From contig CP075492.1 in the NCBI GenBank assembly GCA_021613535.1, positions 14,198,001-14,262,000 on the forward strand: a DNA stretch of 64,000 bases, read 5' to 3'. Below, piece by piece: positions 1 to 14,072 of the stretch; positions within the stretch are counted from its first letter, which is position 1, and each line of letters begins with the position of its first letter. This stretch comes from Adineta vaga (lineage: Eukaryota; Animalia; Rotifera). Position numbers and translations under genes: made by a program. The notes beneath the pieces were generated by a model. It saw nothing but the letters and a program-made list of their open reading frames with translations, ran no database searches and was not told the DNA's origin.

Positions 1-181
1 ATGTCATTAGAAATTATAGTATGTTGAGAATAATGTTTTTCTTATCGTTTATTAGTCGAGAAAGATAAACGAAAATGCGCAGAGCCTTTCTATATTACAG
101 ATATCGTTGAAATGATACACATTGAAAAATTTGGTTGTTTTTTTTTGCATTTAGATTATTTCATCTGGAATATACATTTCA

Positions 182-1192
182 ATGTCATCCGATATTGGAA
201 TATTACGTACACCTGATTCATCATTTCTCAATCTATTAGATTATTCTTTTCAACCGAATTATATTGAATTATCTAATCCGGGTTCGATTGGTAATGGTAA
301 AACAAAATTACGTTTACATTATTTAGATGAAGGAAATAAAAATAGTCCGGAAACAATACTATTATTACATGGTGAACCCAGTTGGAGTTATTTATATCGT
401 CATTTTATACCATCATTGAAACAATATCGAGTTATTGCAGTTGATTTGATCGGATTTGGAAAATCGGATAAACCAGTGAATAAAACTGATTATACATATC
501 AAAGACACGTTAACTGGATACGAGAATTTATTGAAAAACTGAATTTAAACAACATAACATTATTTTGTCAGGTAAAATGTTCTATAGAGAAAGAAATGTG
601 GTAATTGAAAATATTTAATATGTAGGATTGGGGTTCTTTGATTGGTCTACAATTAGTTGGTACACAGGAAATAGGTGATCGTTTTGCACGAGTAGCTGTT
701 GCTAATGGTGGATTACCTACGGGTGATGGAAAGATTTCTAAAGGTTTTACTCAATGGCTTAATTTTGCATCACAACAAACAGAAATGGATGTTGGTAATG
801 TTATTAAACTTGGAGTTGTCCGAGATATGAAAGAGGAAGAAATGGATGCATATAATGCTCCTTTTCCAAATGAAAAATATCAAGCTGGTGCTTTAGTATT
901 TCCATTATTAGTACCAATCACTCCTGACAATCCATCGTCGGAATATAATCGTCAAGCTTGGCAAAATTTGAAGAATTTCAATCGACCATTTCTTACTCTT
1001 TTTTCTGATTCTGATCCGATTACAGCAGGTCTTGATAAAATCTTACAATCCATGGTGCCAGGTGCTAGAAATCAAGCACATACAACGATTACTCAAGGTG
1101 GACATTTCTTACAAGAAGATAAACCATATGAAATCGTTGAAAATCTAATTAAATTCATTAAAGCTAATCCTTTGATATCTGCACGATTATAG
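182..1192 (+). CDS. Haloalkane dehalogenase-like alpha/beta hydrolase (HLD-I type), 2 exons (intron 572-625), C-terminal PTS1-like -ARL
   Basis: LRTPD..F, HGEPSWSYLY and DLIGFGKSDKP motifs. Splicing out the GT-AG intron 572-625 restores the nucleophile elbow CQ|DWG. FSDSDPI and GGHFLQED supply the catalytic Asp and His. Confidence 0.9.
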
Positions 1193-1491
1193 TTCTAAAA
1201 ATACTTTAATAAATACAAAACATATTTTCTATGTTTTAATTGACTCTACATCTTATGTAACTAACAGGACAGGTTATCATCACAAGTAAGTTTTATTTAT
1301 CACGACAAATATTGTCCTTGATCTTATAATAGAAGGAAAGTTGTTACGTGATATCATTCCTTTTTTGAAAGGTATTTGCTCTCCATAAAAAGAAAAAGAA
1401 CAGGTGAAATTTGTTCTCTTATGTAACACAGCCACAATATCAGTATATATACTCATAGATTTTAAAGAGAAGACATATTCTTGAAACAAAA

Positions 1492-3602
1492 ATGAGCAGC
1501 CAAATTTCACCAACGGATATCGAAAATGGTTCAGTATTGACACAATCCACGGGTAGCAATGATGGACATAGTCATGGTTCTGTCATAAGTTTTCATTCGA
1601 TTAATTATACTCTTCCTCTGCCAAAATTTTGTAATTGTATTCCAATACCATGTTTAAAGAAAAAGCAACAACAAATTCTGTTTGATATATCAGGTGTTTT
1701 TAAACCTGGTATGAATGCTATCCTTGGACCAACAGGAAGTGGTAAATCTTCATTATTGGATATCCTTGCTGATAGAAAAGATCGTGAAGGTCTCGAAGGT
1801 CAAGTACTCATGGATGGACAAGTGCAAACAGTAGATTTTAAATATCGTGTTGGTTATGTTGTTCAAGATGATATTATTAGTGGAAATTTAACTGTTAGAG
1901 AAAATTTACTTTTCTCAGCTAATACTCGATTATCTGGAAAAGTTTCATCAAGAGATAAACTAACAATAGTTAATGAAGTTATCGAACAATTAGGTTTAGA
2001 AAAATGTGCTGATAGAAAGGTTGGCACTGAATTAAAGCGAGGAATTTCAGGTGGTGAACGAAGACGAACGAATATTGGTATGGAATTAGTTCTGTCTCCT
2101 CGAGTACTTTTCTTAGACGAACCAACTACAGGTAAATCATATAATATAAATGAAATATTATTCAATCATAATTTATGTGTACAGGATTGGATTCATCAAC
2201 AGCTCGAAATGTAATGAAATACTTGCATCAGTTGTCGAGAAAAGGCCGTATGTTTTTCTATTATATACTAATTTTAGTATGATCTACTTTTTAATGAGAT
2301 GTAGGTACTATCATCTTTTCAATTCATCAACCACGTTATTCAATTTTTAAATTATTTGATACTCTTTTTCTCGTCGCTGCTGGCCGTTGTATTTATCAGG
2401 GACCAAGTAAAGTTGTTCTTTCGTATTTCGAATCCATTGGATTTCAATGTGAAGAACATAATAATCCTGCGGATTTTCTTCTGGATGTTTCTCAAGGTGA
2501 TTACCTTCCCACATCTCCATCATTCAATGTTCTTGATGAAAACGATTCAGATCAACAACAAGATCAAGTTGTCAATTACCTCCATGGTGCTTACGAAAAA
2601 TCAACATTGTTTACTATGATTAAACAAGAGGTAACTGATTTAAGTTCTTCGTTAAATCGTATAAGTCCAACAATGCATGAAACAACTAAATTACCAAAAA
2701 AATCTCGTTTATCCGAAACATTCTATGTTGCACAGCGAACACTTCGAAATGCTTTTCGTAATCCAGCATTGATCGGTATGCAAACTGGTGTATCGATCTT
2801 TTTAGGTATACTTATCGGTTTGATTTACATTCGAATGGATCATTCGATAGATACAGGTGTAAAGAATCGTCTTGGTGCAATCTTTTTCATTGTTACAAAT
2901 CAAGTATTTGGTAGTCTTTCAGCACTTGATCTTTTCATTAAAGAACGTCCTTTATTTCAACATGAAAATGTCAGTGGTTATTATCATGTTTCAACCTATT
3001 TCATCGCAAAAATTCTCTGTGATATCATTCCATTACGAACTATTCCATCGATTTTGTTCTCATCGATTGCATATTTTATGATTGGATTTCAACGAACAGC
3101 AGCAAAATTCTTTATTTTCTTCTTTGGAATCTACATTACATCACTTTGTGCTTCATCATTTTGTTTTTTTGTATCGGCAAGTGTACGAGTCTACGGTAAG
3201 AAAATACTTTTATTAAAATTCACGCTCATTCGTTTATTTATCATTGTTGTAGCTATTGCAAATTTACTCGCTGCAATGTATTGTGTTTTAACATTGATAT
3301 TCAGTGGATTCCTTGTAGAAGTTACATCCGTTACAGCCTTTCTTTCATGGATTAAATGGATAAGTATTTTTCGATATTCAAATAATTTATTTGCTATTAA
3401 TGAATTTACAAATTTGAAACTTTGTTTACCAAATGATACAAATACATGTGAAATCGATGGATTAGAAATCTTAAAACAACAAAATATTGATGCATCATCC
3501 GATTGGGATCTATGGAAGAATTTTGTTGCATTAGGTGGTATTATGTTATGTTTTCTTACACTAGCTTATATTCAACTATTTCGAATGAAAAAAACCAAAT
3601 AA
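1492..3602 (+). CDS. ABCG2-like half ABC transporter, 4 exons (introns 2132-2184, 2248-2304, 3196-3252)
   Basis: Walker A GPTGSGKS, signature ISGGERRR, Walker B FLDEPTT|GLD and SIHQPR after splicing, followed by an ABC2-type membrane domain. Confidence 0.92.
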
Positions 3603-3724
3603 ATTTATTTATTTTTTGAATCGATTATTTATAAATAAAGATAAAAATTAGTTGAAGACAGAAAAGTTAAATGGAAACTTTTTCATAGTAAAGTGATCGA
3701 TTATATATACTGATGGATTACTAC

Positions 3725-4470
3725 TAAATTGTTTTGTGAAATCATTCAGCCGATGAAAATAACGTTCTGCAACTCGAAAACTTAGGCACCGTAGATTTGA
3801 GAGATAACTTTTCACGAATGTAATATTCTCCTAGTGTATATGGCATATTTGATAAGTCAAGACGTTGCAGACGAGTTATTCTTTGTAATACATTTGTGCT
3901 TAGAATGATATTACTAGGCGAATTGATCTCGATGCTGAGATATATGAGATTAGGCATCGATTGTAAAAAAAAACATCAGAGCATACCAATCACAGTACAT
4001 ACCTGTAACAGTGGATAGTGTAAAAACGACTTCGTGCCATTTAGGAAACAATACTTATTTGTTCAGTTTAAACGATATAGATTCTCGATTTGAATATCAG
4101 CCAATGATAGAAGACCATTTTGTATATGATATCAAGGAATCCGTCAAGCCACTACAGTGTAAATAAAGTGAACGAAGTTGTTTGAAGAAGAAGATGTTAA
4201 TTTGACCAGGTGCGGCACGTTCAGAAAATGTTAACCGTGTTATTATGTGTTGACAATTGGGAAGATGTTGAATACAAAGACGAAAATCATTTAATCAACA
4301 AGCAATAAAGTTAAAATAAAGTTGTTGACTTTGATAGACGAATGCATCAAAACGTTTGTTTAGTCGCCGATGAAGAAAAGCAAGGAGGAAATCGATCCCA
4401 TCGATATAGTTCTCGAAAAGATCGAGTCAGATTTCATTAGGAAGCGATTCAAACTTTGAAAGTATGACAT
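3725..4470 (-). pseudogene. F-box/LRR pseudogene, copy A (internally deleted duplicate of 11257-12531)
   Basis: Translates as KFESLPNEI*LDLFENYIDGIDFLLAF, with stops and frameshifts. High nucleotide similarity to 11451-11610 and 11955-12560. Confidence 0.8.
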
Positions 4471-4752
4471 CTGTTATGTTTCTGGTGTATTGTCACATGT
4501 TGTAGATATCTTAGAGAATGTAATTCGTATGTTTATTGCTTTTTTTCTCTGTAGTTAAGTAAGCTAATATATATTTATATCAGTATATCATATGAAAATA
4601 AAAATGACAATGACTGATTGTATAAATCATTCTCAAGACATTTTCAACATTAGTTTTCGTTGTTTGTCACAGATTTTCTCACGATACAACGTTCCAAATC
4701 ATATCGTAATGCGCCGCCAGACTGCAGCTGTTCTGTAGAAAAGGTTTCATGA

Positions 4753-4785
4753 TGAGGGTGTGAGTGGGTGTGGGTGATGTGGTAG
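4753..4785. repeat. Solo end of the telomere-like hairpin element family
   Basis: tgagggtgtgagtgggtgtgggtg matches the termini of the 29656-29743 element. Confidence 0.5.
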
Positions 4786-5121
4786 TCAGTGATTCGATTA
4801 TAGTTTAAGACTTTTCAACTATCCAATAGTCGTTCGGCTTTAAAAACTAATTTCCTCTCTTTAAATCACAAGCTGAGTCACATTTCAAGTTAAACTTGTA
4901 TGTAATGGTTACAAACTCCACCAATTTTATTAATTAACACCGCTAAATACATATCATATTCTCTTTATCATTTTAAGGACTGATAAGCATGAATATAAAA
5001 AGACACACTTAGAGATATAGTTGAAGGTACGCAATTTCATACTAAAGAAGTCGGTATTTGAGTTTATTCATTTTCGATTAAAAATCAAATACAAAATAAA
5101 AACGTTTTCTTTTCAATATAT

Positions 5122-6233
5122 TTATGTTATAAAAGATTGATTGAATCGAATAATCAATGCTGCCGAACGTTCTCGAACTTCAATTGTACAACGTTCAATA
5201 AGTAAAAATAATTCTCTACGAAACATTCGCGATGTTAATGAATAAACAATAAATGATATCTACAAACAAAAATTACTTTTACTTAATTTTATAGCAAAAT
5301 CTCTTACAGCTGCATTGATATATTGTAAGAGAGTACACATTTGATAGATATAATTTTCGATAAATATTCGAAATGAAGATTTTCGTTCATATTGTGTTAA
5401 ACCATTATAACACAAATAAATTGTAATAGGTAATGTTAATATAATTGTAACGAATAATTGTATGAGTAGCATTCGAAAAAGAATCCATTCTTCTCTTTTT
5501 CTTCTTTGAAAACTATGTATTATATTCACATGAATTCGATTACGAACGGATTTTATATTTCGAAGTGTTAAGAAACCGAATAGAATCATGAAGAATGGTA
5601 TTGATAAACCGTTGATGAATATTGAATAAAAACTCAAAAATGTTGAATACGAACCAGGTTGATTCGAACAAATACGTTCAGTAGAATTTGATGAGACTTG
5701 AATATCATAAAAGATTATATTATGAATACATATGATCATCCAAAATACACAATTGATGAATATCATTTTCCATGTTACAGGACGACGTAAAAACCAGTGT
5801 TGATTTGTTTTACTCATCAAATATCTATAAATACATGTTTTATTTCAATGATCGATCTGTACTGAAAAAAAAAAAGAAACGAAAAATCTTCATACCTATC
5901 AATAGTAGCTAATACCATATACGATCGAGGTAACATTAATAGAAAACCAACAGCAAAGAATCGTAATTTACAAAACCATGACCATTGTGCTGATGGATCA
6001 AAATTAAAACCAATTTGAAGAAGTCTTAATAGAGATACGGTATTTAGATAAAGTCCGTAACCAATTGATGCAAATATTAAATAAAGTGAGCAAGCACTTG
6101 AACGAAGTTTAGTGCTACGAGAAAAAACGATGACATTTAAAATTGAACCCAAATTACCAATTAAAATTATTAGAGGAATGGAAATAAGAAACAGAGTTTT
6201 TTGAAAGTTGATCAAGTCATCTCTACTCCACAT
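5122..6233 (-). CDS. Orphan rhodopsin-like 7TM receptor, 3 exons (introns 5825-5895, 5260-5307)
   Basis: GN in TM1, WFCK, and a DR|Y motif restored by splicing; hydrophobic helices; the last exon encodes YSLTSRMFRREL. An alternative ATG lies at 6275. Confidence 0.85.
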
Positions 6234-9000
6234 TGTTAAGTAAATGATAGAAAAAAACACAAGGATCGTCTTCATTTAATATACTCAACTTACGTGAAGC
6301 ATCCAGAGAAGTCTATGAAATACTAAACGATTTTAATTATAAGATATCGAATGGTTCAAAGACGTAATTATGGACACGAGCTTCTGTTACCTTAAGATGT
6401 AAATGAAATCTTTGAGTTCTGTTTTATGAAAAAAGAGCGTTTTGGGAATTCCTAAATCATCATCTTCATACCACGATACGAGATACCTTTTGACGAGTCT
6501 GACAATTCAAACTTATTGAAAACTAGATCACTATATAAAACGGTGTTTTCAAAGTGTAACGACGAATTAAATGTATAGGATTTTGTTTTTCGAATGCATT
6601 TTCGCCGGAAATCAAATAGAATGGATTTTATCATTATAAACTGTGAGAATAAATGGCACTGTAGATATATTTCACCTTATAATAAAAGATCTTGCATCGT
6701 TTATTCCCACTAGTCAAACTAGGTTACAATTCTCACAAAAGTCATCTTCCTGATAGGTGTCCTATTATACAGAATGTACTTTTGTTTCTGGCGATTTCGG
6801 TAGAAAAAAGAAGCAATATTGGAAGGGCGTGGAATAGATACTGTCTGGTTGATGCGTAAATTATGACTAACTGGTGCGTTAGAAGGAATCGTATCATCAT
6901 ATATTTGACCAACACTGTTGTTGACCATTTGAAATGGATCAAAACCATGTTCCTTCAAAAGTGATTCCATCATTGCTGCAGGAACTGTAATTCGTAGTTA
7001 GTATATAATTCTTGATCAAGTATTACTTCAGTATAGCGTCTTTCATGACATTCTCTTTAAACCACGAAAGGCATAAGTGAATGTAGTACAATTAGAACAT
7101 AATGCATGTACTGGTGTTGACCATGATATAAGATCTCGATCAAGAAGACATCCTACTGCAAGATACAATGAGAGGTGATGTGTGTCCTTGTCGATGAAAT
7201 CCAGCTGCTCATTAACCGATAATTTCACCATTTTTCAGTGTTAAGCCAGGCATATGAAATTGTAAATGTATACGTTCCAAAACAGTGTTCAGATTGTTCC
7301 TAAATATTTCTTTTTAACAGCAAATGAAAAATACTGGCATATATATATTACTATGGTTCATAATAAAGTCACATTTCATATATTTCATACTTTCTATTGA
7401 TCAACTAGACGTAGAGAGTGAACTGGTACATGTACTGATACTGCTGAAAGCGTACTGCGTAGTCAAACATTTTGAAGTAAAAAGTTTTTACGCAAATATC
7501 GCACATATTCATTGAAATGAATGAAACATTTTATTCATAATTGTCTTGGGATATAACTATATCATATACTAATCTATAAGCATCATTATTGAAAAGATTT
7601 CTAATATGGTTTCAAAAGAGAGAAATATGCTGAAAAATCTTTTGTTATAACTATAGAAAATGAACAGATATACACGTGGAAATATTGCGAAAAGAAGGCT
7701 TCGATCAAGCTCTCACTATCATCCACAATTTATTTGAAATTTACTTATCAAACATAATAAAAGCTGTGAAATTTACAATACAAAGAGAAAGAAAAATGGA
7801 AAAATAATTATTTTATTGTCCGATTTTCGATAAAGAATACACGAAATCCATTTGTTACTTGTGTGTAAATGATGGATTTTGTTGAGGATTGATGTTTATT
7901 GTGACTTTCTCATCTTGTGTTACCGAACAAGGTGGATAATTTATAGAAGAAATTGTTGTTCGAATTATATTTAAAACCGATAATTTCGATTTTGATTGGC
8001 GTGGTAATGCATTTGGATTGTGTGACAATGATTGTTTTTCAGTTGAAGACAATGTATTCGATATTTCTGATTGATAGTCGGATGGAAAATACCAACTAAC
8101 AAACATTTCTTCGAACGTTACGTTTAATCTAAAAGACATAAAACATATTTTAATAGCCATATTTATTCGTAAGAGAAAGGAAACAAATAATCATCGTAAA
8201 AAAAAGTACATGTATAATACTTCAATAAGACATATATATACATATACATCGCCTTTTGCGTCTCTCCCACTTGGAATGTGATATGAAAGGGAGTATAGAC
8301 AAGAAACGAAATAGAATAAGGACGTGAGAGGAGGAGCAAACCATAAATACGTGAAATATTATAATCAATGCCTACGATAATAGTGTATTCATTTGTTAGT
8401 TTACATTGCTGAATAGTTAATAAATCAGCAAATATGATTAGAATATTTACGTGATAAAACAAACGAAATTTATGAGAATGTGTGTACGTCTAAGAAACTA
8501 AAATAGAAAAATATTGACATAAAAATCAAATCTTTAAACAGATGAAAATGTTTGTTGTAACTTAGAAACAATAATTTATCACACGACAACATATGTATAT
8601 AAAATGATTATATTAACTCGACAAAATTTTTTGGAGAAAATGTACAAAGAAAATATCAGATTTTAATGTGACATTACGTCACCTTAGAAACAGGGTAAAG
8701 TGCTTCTGTTGAGAAAAGAAAAAAAGTAGATATCTTTTGATTTTTCGCTGCTTTATTTTAATATTCAAAAACATATTTTTCTCGATTAAAATTAGTCATA
8801 GAATATCATACAACTTCAGCAGCAAGACTGGTCTTAAAATCAACGAACGTTTCGATAGAATGCCTTCTATATATTCCAATATTATAAAAACAGCTGCAAT
8901 ATTAAATTTTTTCGTTCTATCATCAGATCATTATCGTTATTGTTTATCGTACTTTTCTTAATGTTCGTTATCGATATCATGAGTACAATGATCATTTTGA

Positions 9001-9086
9001 ATCTTGAGGGTGCGTGAGTGAAGGTCTGAGTGTGATGATGATGAGGATGGATAGAGACACTGACTTGCACTCATTTACATCCACCA
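9001..9086. repeat. Degenerate copy of the telomere-like hairpin element
   Basis: Begins atcttgagggtgcgtgagtgaaggt and ends cactcatttacatccacca; resembles 29656-29743. Confidence 0.55.
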
Positions 9087-9150
9087 TTTTTTGTATGAGC
9101 ATTTATTTACAAACATATATAAAACAACATCCAAACCAGTTTTCGTTCAA

Positions 9151-10117
9151 TTAACTAATTGTTTTCAGTGGGCAAACTGTTTGTCTATTAGATATGGGAA
9201 TTGGTACTACTTGATTTATTCTTCCCGTTCCTCTTGTATTTATTGGTCGCCCAGTTAATTTAGCAAAAAGAATTTCTTTCACTTGTTTGTTTGTAACGAA
9301 CAGAAATATTGAATGAACTGCAGCAGTAAACGGAAATGATAAAACTTGAATTGAATAGAATGGCCATGGTGCGTAATTAATACGATTCATTATTAAACAA
9401 AACAGATATGAAATACCAGCAATGCCGTAGAGATTAAACGTAAAAATAATATTTTGAAAAATCCTTTTGTTCCTTCGAGCTTTTAATGTACTTTGACTGT
9501 TTGGATTGATACGAGTTTGATAAATTGTATAACGAAGAACAATTCCGTACAGAATCATTAGTATTAACAGTGATACCAATGCAAAAAGAACACTAACTGA
9601 AATTGCTGTTGGAAAATGGTGTGCTGTTAACATACAATAAAGAGATTCTGGATCATATTGATAAGCATAGGGTGATATGAACATTCCAACTGCAATGATA
9701 ACATTGATTAACCAACTGATGATGATTATCATCCACGTTGTACGAAAAGTTAAAAGAGATTTACGTTGATAAAGAACTGATGAAAAAGCGAGTTATTGCT
9801 TGAACTATACACGAATGTGCCACTACTCCAGTACTCAATATTGTTAAACAAGCACTAATTTGACAAAATAGTGCACTCGATGGTAACCCATCGAAATAAA
9901 TTTGTTGAATAACTGAAGGTGTTTGAATGGAATAAGTGATTGCACAGAAAAATAATGCAAAACATGAATTACATATCAGAAGATTAACAATAGATCGACA
10001 ATGAGAATGCCAGTAACGAAGAATGACAAATAATACAGTTGATGTACATAATATAATTATAAACCAAAATATTAGAAACAGAACATTCATTATTTCATGA
10101 AAACGTTTATTTTCCAT
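9151..10117 (-). CDS. Orphan 7TM receptor, intronless, one frameshift near 9780 (error or young pseudogene)
   Basis: ORFs 9761-10117 (TM1-3) and 9151-9732 (TM4-7) join into RFFISVLYQRKSLLTFRTTW if 2 nt are restored. Confidence 0.75.
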
Positions 10118-10982
10118 GATTTTGAAATTGTATCAAGTACAAGTACTAGTTTGACCCGACTGAAGAATGTCTACAAAATAAATGACTGAAATTATATAAA
10201 GGATTCTCTTATTAGAATAGAACAAAAATTGGTTATAAAATTTTAATGAATATTTTTTTCCAATGAAATAAAAGAAATAGACGGTCTTTAGAAGACATCG
10301 TCTTTGAAATAAAATATTAATTCTCAGACGAAGTAGGCAGTCTACGTCTCTATTCAAACAGAATCTTTGAATAGACATGACTTTCCTTACAAGTTGTTAG
10401 AACGTTAATTTGAGAAAAATGCTTTACACTGCAACATTGTCTTTTTACTTATTGCGACGCGTCTTTCCTATAGTCTACCGGAATTCTTTACAATTTTATA
10501 GAACAAAGTCTTTTTTCGGGAATGTTAATGAGGTTCTTGTATTATTTATAAACTATAGAATACGTCTTTTCTATTTTTCTTAAGACATGTATGATGATGC
10601 TAGATTAACTCTCTACTTATTTAACTTTGATTTGTGTCTTCGCGATTATATACTATTTCAAGTTATTGTTCTTTTATAGACTTTTTGTTTTCTCTCCGCA
10701 ATCGATCATGATAAATATCTTCTATTGAAACCTTCAGTTCATGAATGAGAAAAGACTGAACACATTATTCATTTCGAATTACTCATCTTTACGATATGGT
10801 GTCATTTGAGCGAAAAACATTTTTACGAATAAGATTTTCAACGAAATTAAATGATAGGAAAAAATTATGATTCTGAAAGATAAAATAGCAAAACTGATGC
10901 TGTAATCAGTAAAACGCTAGAAATCGAATGAGTCAGAGATTTCCCGTTGATATGGTATAATTACTTATATCTAGCTATGTTT

Positions 10983-11039
10983 TTGAGAGTGTGAGTATGT
11001 GTTTTTCTTCCCATCTGATGTTCATATCCACACTCTCAA
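10983..11039. repeat. Short copy of the hairpin element with a perfect 11-bp inverted repeat
   Basis: ttgagagtgtg (10983-10993) pairs with cacactctcaa (11029-11039). Confidence 0.6.
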
Positions 11040-11256
11040 TGGTAAAATTGGGAATTTTGATGCAAGAAACATGAATTTATCAAATTTTAATTTTAATTGA
11101 ATAAATAATTACTATTCATTTATCACAAATTTTACTTCTGGGGAAATAGGTATATCATCCACATCTACACCCTATCTTAAATTCAATGACTTCTTATGAA
11201 GAAAAACAAGCAAAGCTGCGTCTTGATTGAATATTTATTAATGATGGTAATGAAAA

Positions 11257-12531
11257 TTAATTGAAAAAAGGAATCTTGTATAGTAACTTTTTCTTAACAA
11301 TATTACTGATCATCAGGGTAGGGACCGATTTCACTGATGAATTAGTAAACGTTTTCCAAAATGATTCATTGAAAACTGTTTCATCGATCCATATTTTCAT
11401 CCAATTACGTTCCCATTCGGAAGTAGATAGAACTAGCCAATCCCTGACAAATCGTTTTGTGAAATCATCCAGCTGATGAAAATAACGTTCTGCAACTCGA
11501 AAACCTAGACACCGTAGATTTGAGAGATAACTTTTCACGAGTGGAATATTCTCCAAATGTATGTGGCATATTTAATAAGTCAAGACGTTACAGACGAGTC
11601 ATTCTTTGTATAGAAACATGTACATCAATAGTTAACTGATCATATGTTGGAAAAGTAGATTGATAGCGATGGATTGTTGATCCGATAATGAAATGTGACA
11701 TTCTTGAAAGCATGTTGCTGTGATGGAAGACAAGGTAAAGAAGAAATACAGAGACGTGTAATAGTAATTAAATAATGCATATGTTGAGGTGTAGTCCACC
11801 ACTTTGTTACTGGTAGATAAGTTTCATCATTGCGACTCTGTGGTTCCTGATCTGTAATAATAATAGTGAAGTTTTTCTTTAGCATCCAAAATGTATTCTC
11901 AAACGATGCGAGTATAGTCTGTGGATCCATTTTGTGATATCGTCCGTGACGGTTTACATTTGTGCTTAGAATGATATTACTAGACGAATTGATCTCGATG
12001 CTGAGATATATGAGATTAGGCATCGATTGTAAAAAAACATCAGAGCATACCAATCACAGTACATACCTGTAACAGTGGATAGTGTAAAAACGACTTCTTG
12101 CCATTTAGGAAACAATACTTATTTGTTCATTTTAAACGATATAGATTCTCGATTTGAATATCAGCCAATGATAGAAGACCATTTTGTATATGATATCAAA
12201 GAATCCGTCAAGCCACTACAGTGTAAATAAAGTGAACGAAGTTGTTTGAAGAAGAAGATGTTAATTTGACCAGGTGCTGGACGTTCAGACAATGCTAGTC
12301 GTGTTATTATGTGTTGACAATTGGGAAGATGTTGAATACAGAGACGAAAATCATTTAATCAACAAGCAATAAAGTTAAAATAAAATTGTTGACTTTGATA
12401 GACTAATGCATCAAAACGTTTGTTTAGTCGCCGATGAAGAAAAGCAAGGAGGAAATGATTCCATCGATATAGTTTTCAAATAGATCGAGTAATATTTCAT
12501 TCGGAACCGATTCAAACTTTAAAATGGACAT
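11257..12531 (-). pseudogene. F-box/LRR pseudogene, copy B
   Basis: The start encodes MSILKFESVPNEILLDLFENY (F-box-like) and a later segment ILASFENTFW; multiple frameshifts and stops. Confidence 0.8.
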
Positions 12532-12969
12532 CTCTTACGTATGTTGTGTGTTGTCACATGTAGAAAAGAACTGAAATTAAAACATACTTCTTTTTTCTTT
12601 TCTGTATGTAAGATAAATATAATAAGAATTCTATGTCGATTTCATATGAAACATAAGAGAATGATAAAAGTTGTTATATAAAATATAGATTTTATTTATA
12701 TTCATAAGAAACTAGATAGTATAATTGTGCTTATATAAAAGCAAAAAAAACTAGTATAGAAATAGAAGAATGCGTCGTACTTCTCGGGCGTTTTGCAAAG
12801 CAACATGCTACGACGTGTCTGTTTACATCTTTCCTTCGTTCCTTCATATATATTTTTTTATTTTCTTTCTATTTTGCATCGTCATCGTCATTAATGCATA
12901 ACCATCACTTTATTTTTCTTCGTTGTATTTACACTCACAGACCAAAACATTTAACAAGAGATTGAAAAA

Positions 12970-14072
12970 ATGTCTGCAAGTGTTCCTGAACGTCAGTTAG
13001 GAAAAAATGGTCCAAAAGTATCAGCAATTGGTTTTGGAGCAATGGGTTTATCAGCATTTTATGGTACACCAGCTCCTGATGAAGACCGTTTTAAAGTTCT
13101 TGATCGTGCTATTGAACTTGGAAGTACTTATATCGATAGTGCAGATATCTATGGTGACAATGAAGAATTAATTGGAAAATATTTCAAAAAATATCCTCAA
13201 CAACGTCAAAAGGTAAAATCAAATAGGAAAATTCCCAATTATACTATAGACATTGACGTAGAGAAAATTTCTTTATTGAATAGGTGTTTTTAGCAACAAA
13301 ATTTGCTAATGTCTTTCTTCCGGATGGAACTGCTACTGTTCGTGGCGATGCTGCATATGTTCGTGAATCGATTGAAAAAAGTTTGAAACGTTTACAACTT
13401 CCATATGTTGACCTTTATTATGTTCATCGAATTGATCCAAAAGTTCCAATTGAAGAAACAATGGCTGTCTTAAAAGAATATGTTGACCAAGGAAAAATCA
13501 AATATATTGGTTTATCAGAATGTTCAACTGATACAATTCGTCGTGCATATAAAATACATCCAATAACAGCTGTTCAAGTTGAATATTCACCATTTAGTTT
13601 AGATATTGAAAGAGAAGAAATTGGTGTTTTAAAAACATGTCGAGAACTCGGTATTGCTATTGTATGTTATTCACCATTAGGTCGTGGTATGTTAACTGGA
13701 CAATATAAAAGTTCAGATGACTTTGAAGAAAATGATTTTCGTCGACATTTACCTCGATTTTCCAAAGAGAATTTTCCAAAAAATCTTCAATTAGTTGAAA
13801 AATTACAAAAATTTGCCGAGAAGAAAAGTTGTACGACAGGTCAATTAACATTAGCCTGGATACTTGCACAAGGTGAAGACTTTTTTGTCATACCAGGAAC
13901 AACAAAGATCAAAAATTTAGAAGAAAATGCTGCTACAAGTCAAGTCAAATTAACCAAAGAAGAAATAAATGAAATTAGACAAGCTTGTGAAAATGCCGAT
14001 ACTGCTGGTGAACGTTATACAAAAGAACATAGTAAAAATTTGTTTGGAGATTCAGCTCCTAAGAAAAATTAA
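12970..14072 (+). CDS. Aldo-keto reductase (microbial/fungal YakC-like), 2 exons (intron 13213-13283)
   Basis: IGFGAMG, DSADIYG, FLATKF, YYVHR, IGLSE, YSPLGRG and IPGT motifs; the D-Y-K-H tetrad is intact. Confidence 0.92.

Noticed and set aside
6452-7260. Minus-strand short ORFs that look like a decayed gene
   Set aside because: They are interrupted by stops, show no recognisable motif and give no consistent splice model.
7855-8462. Possible 3' exons of a membrane-protein gene
   Set aside because: An acceptor-like site exists near 8130, but no start or intact upstream frame could be built.
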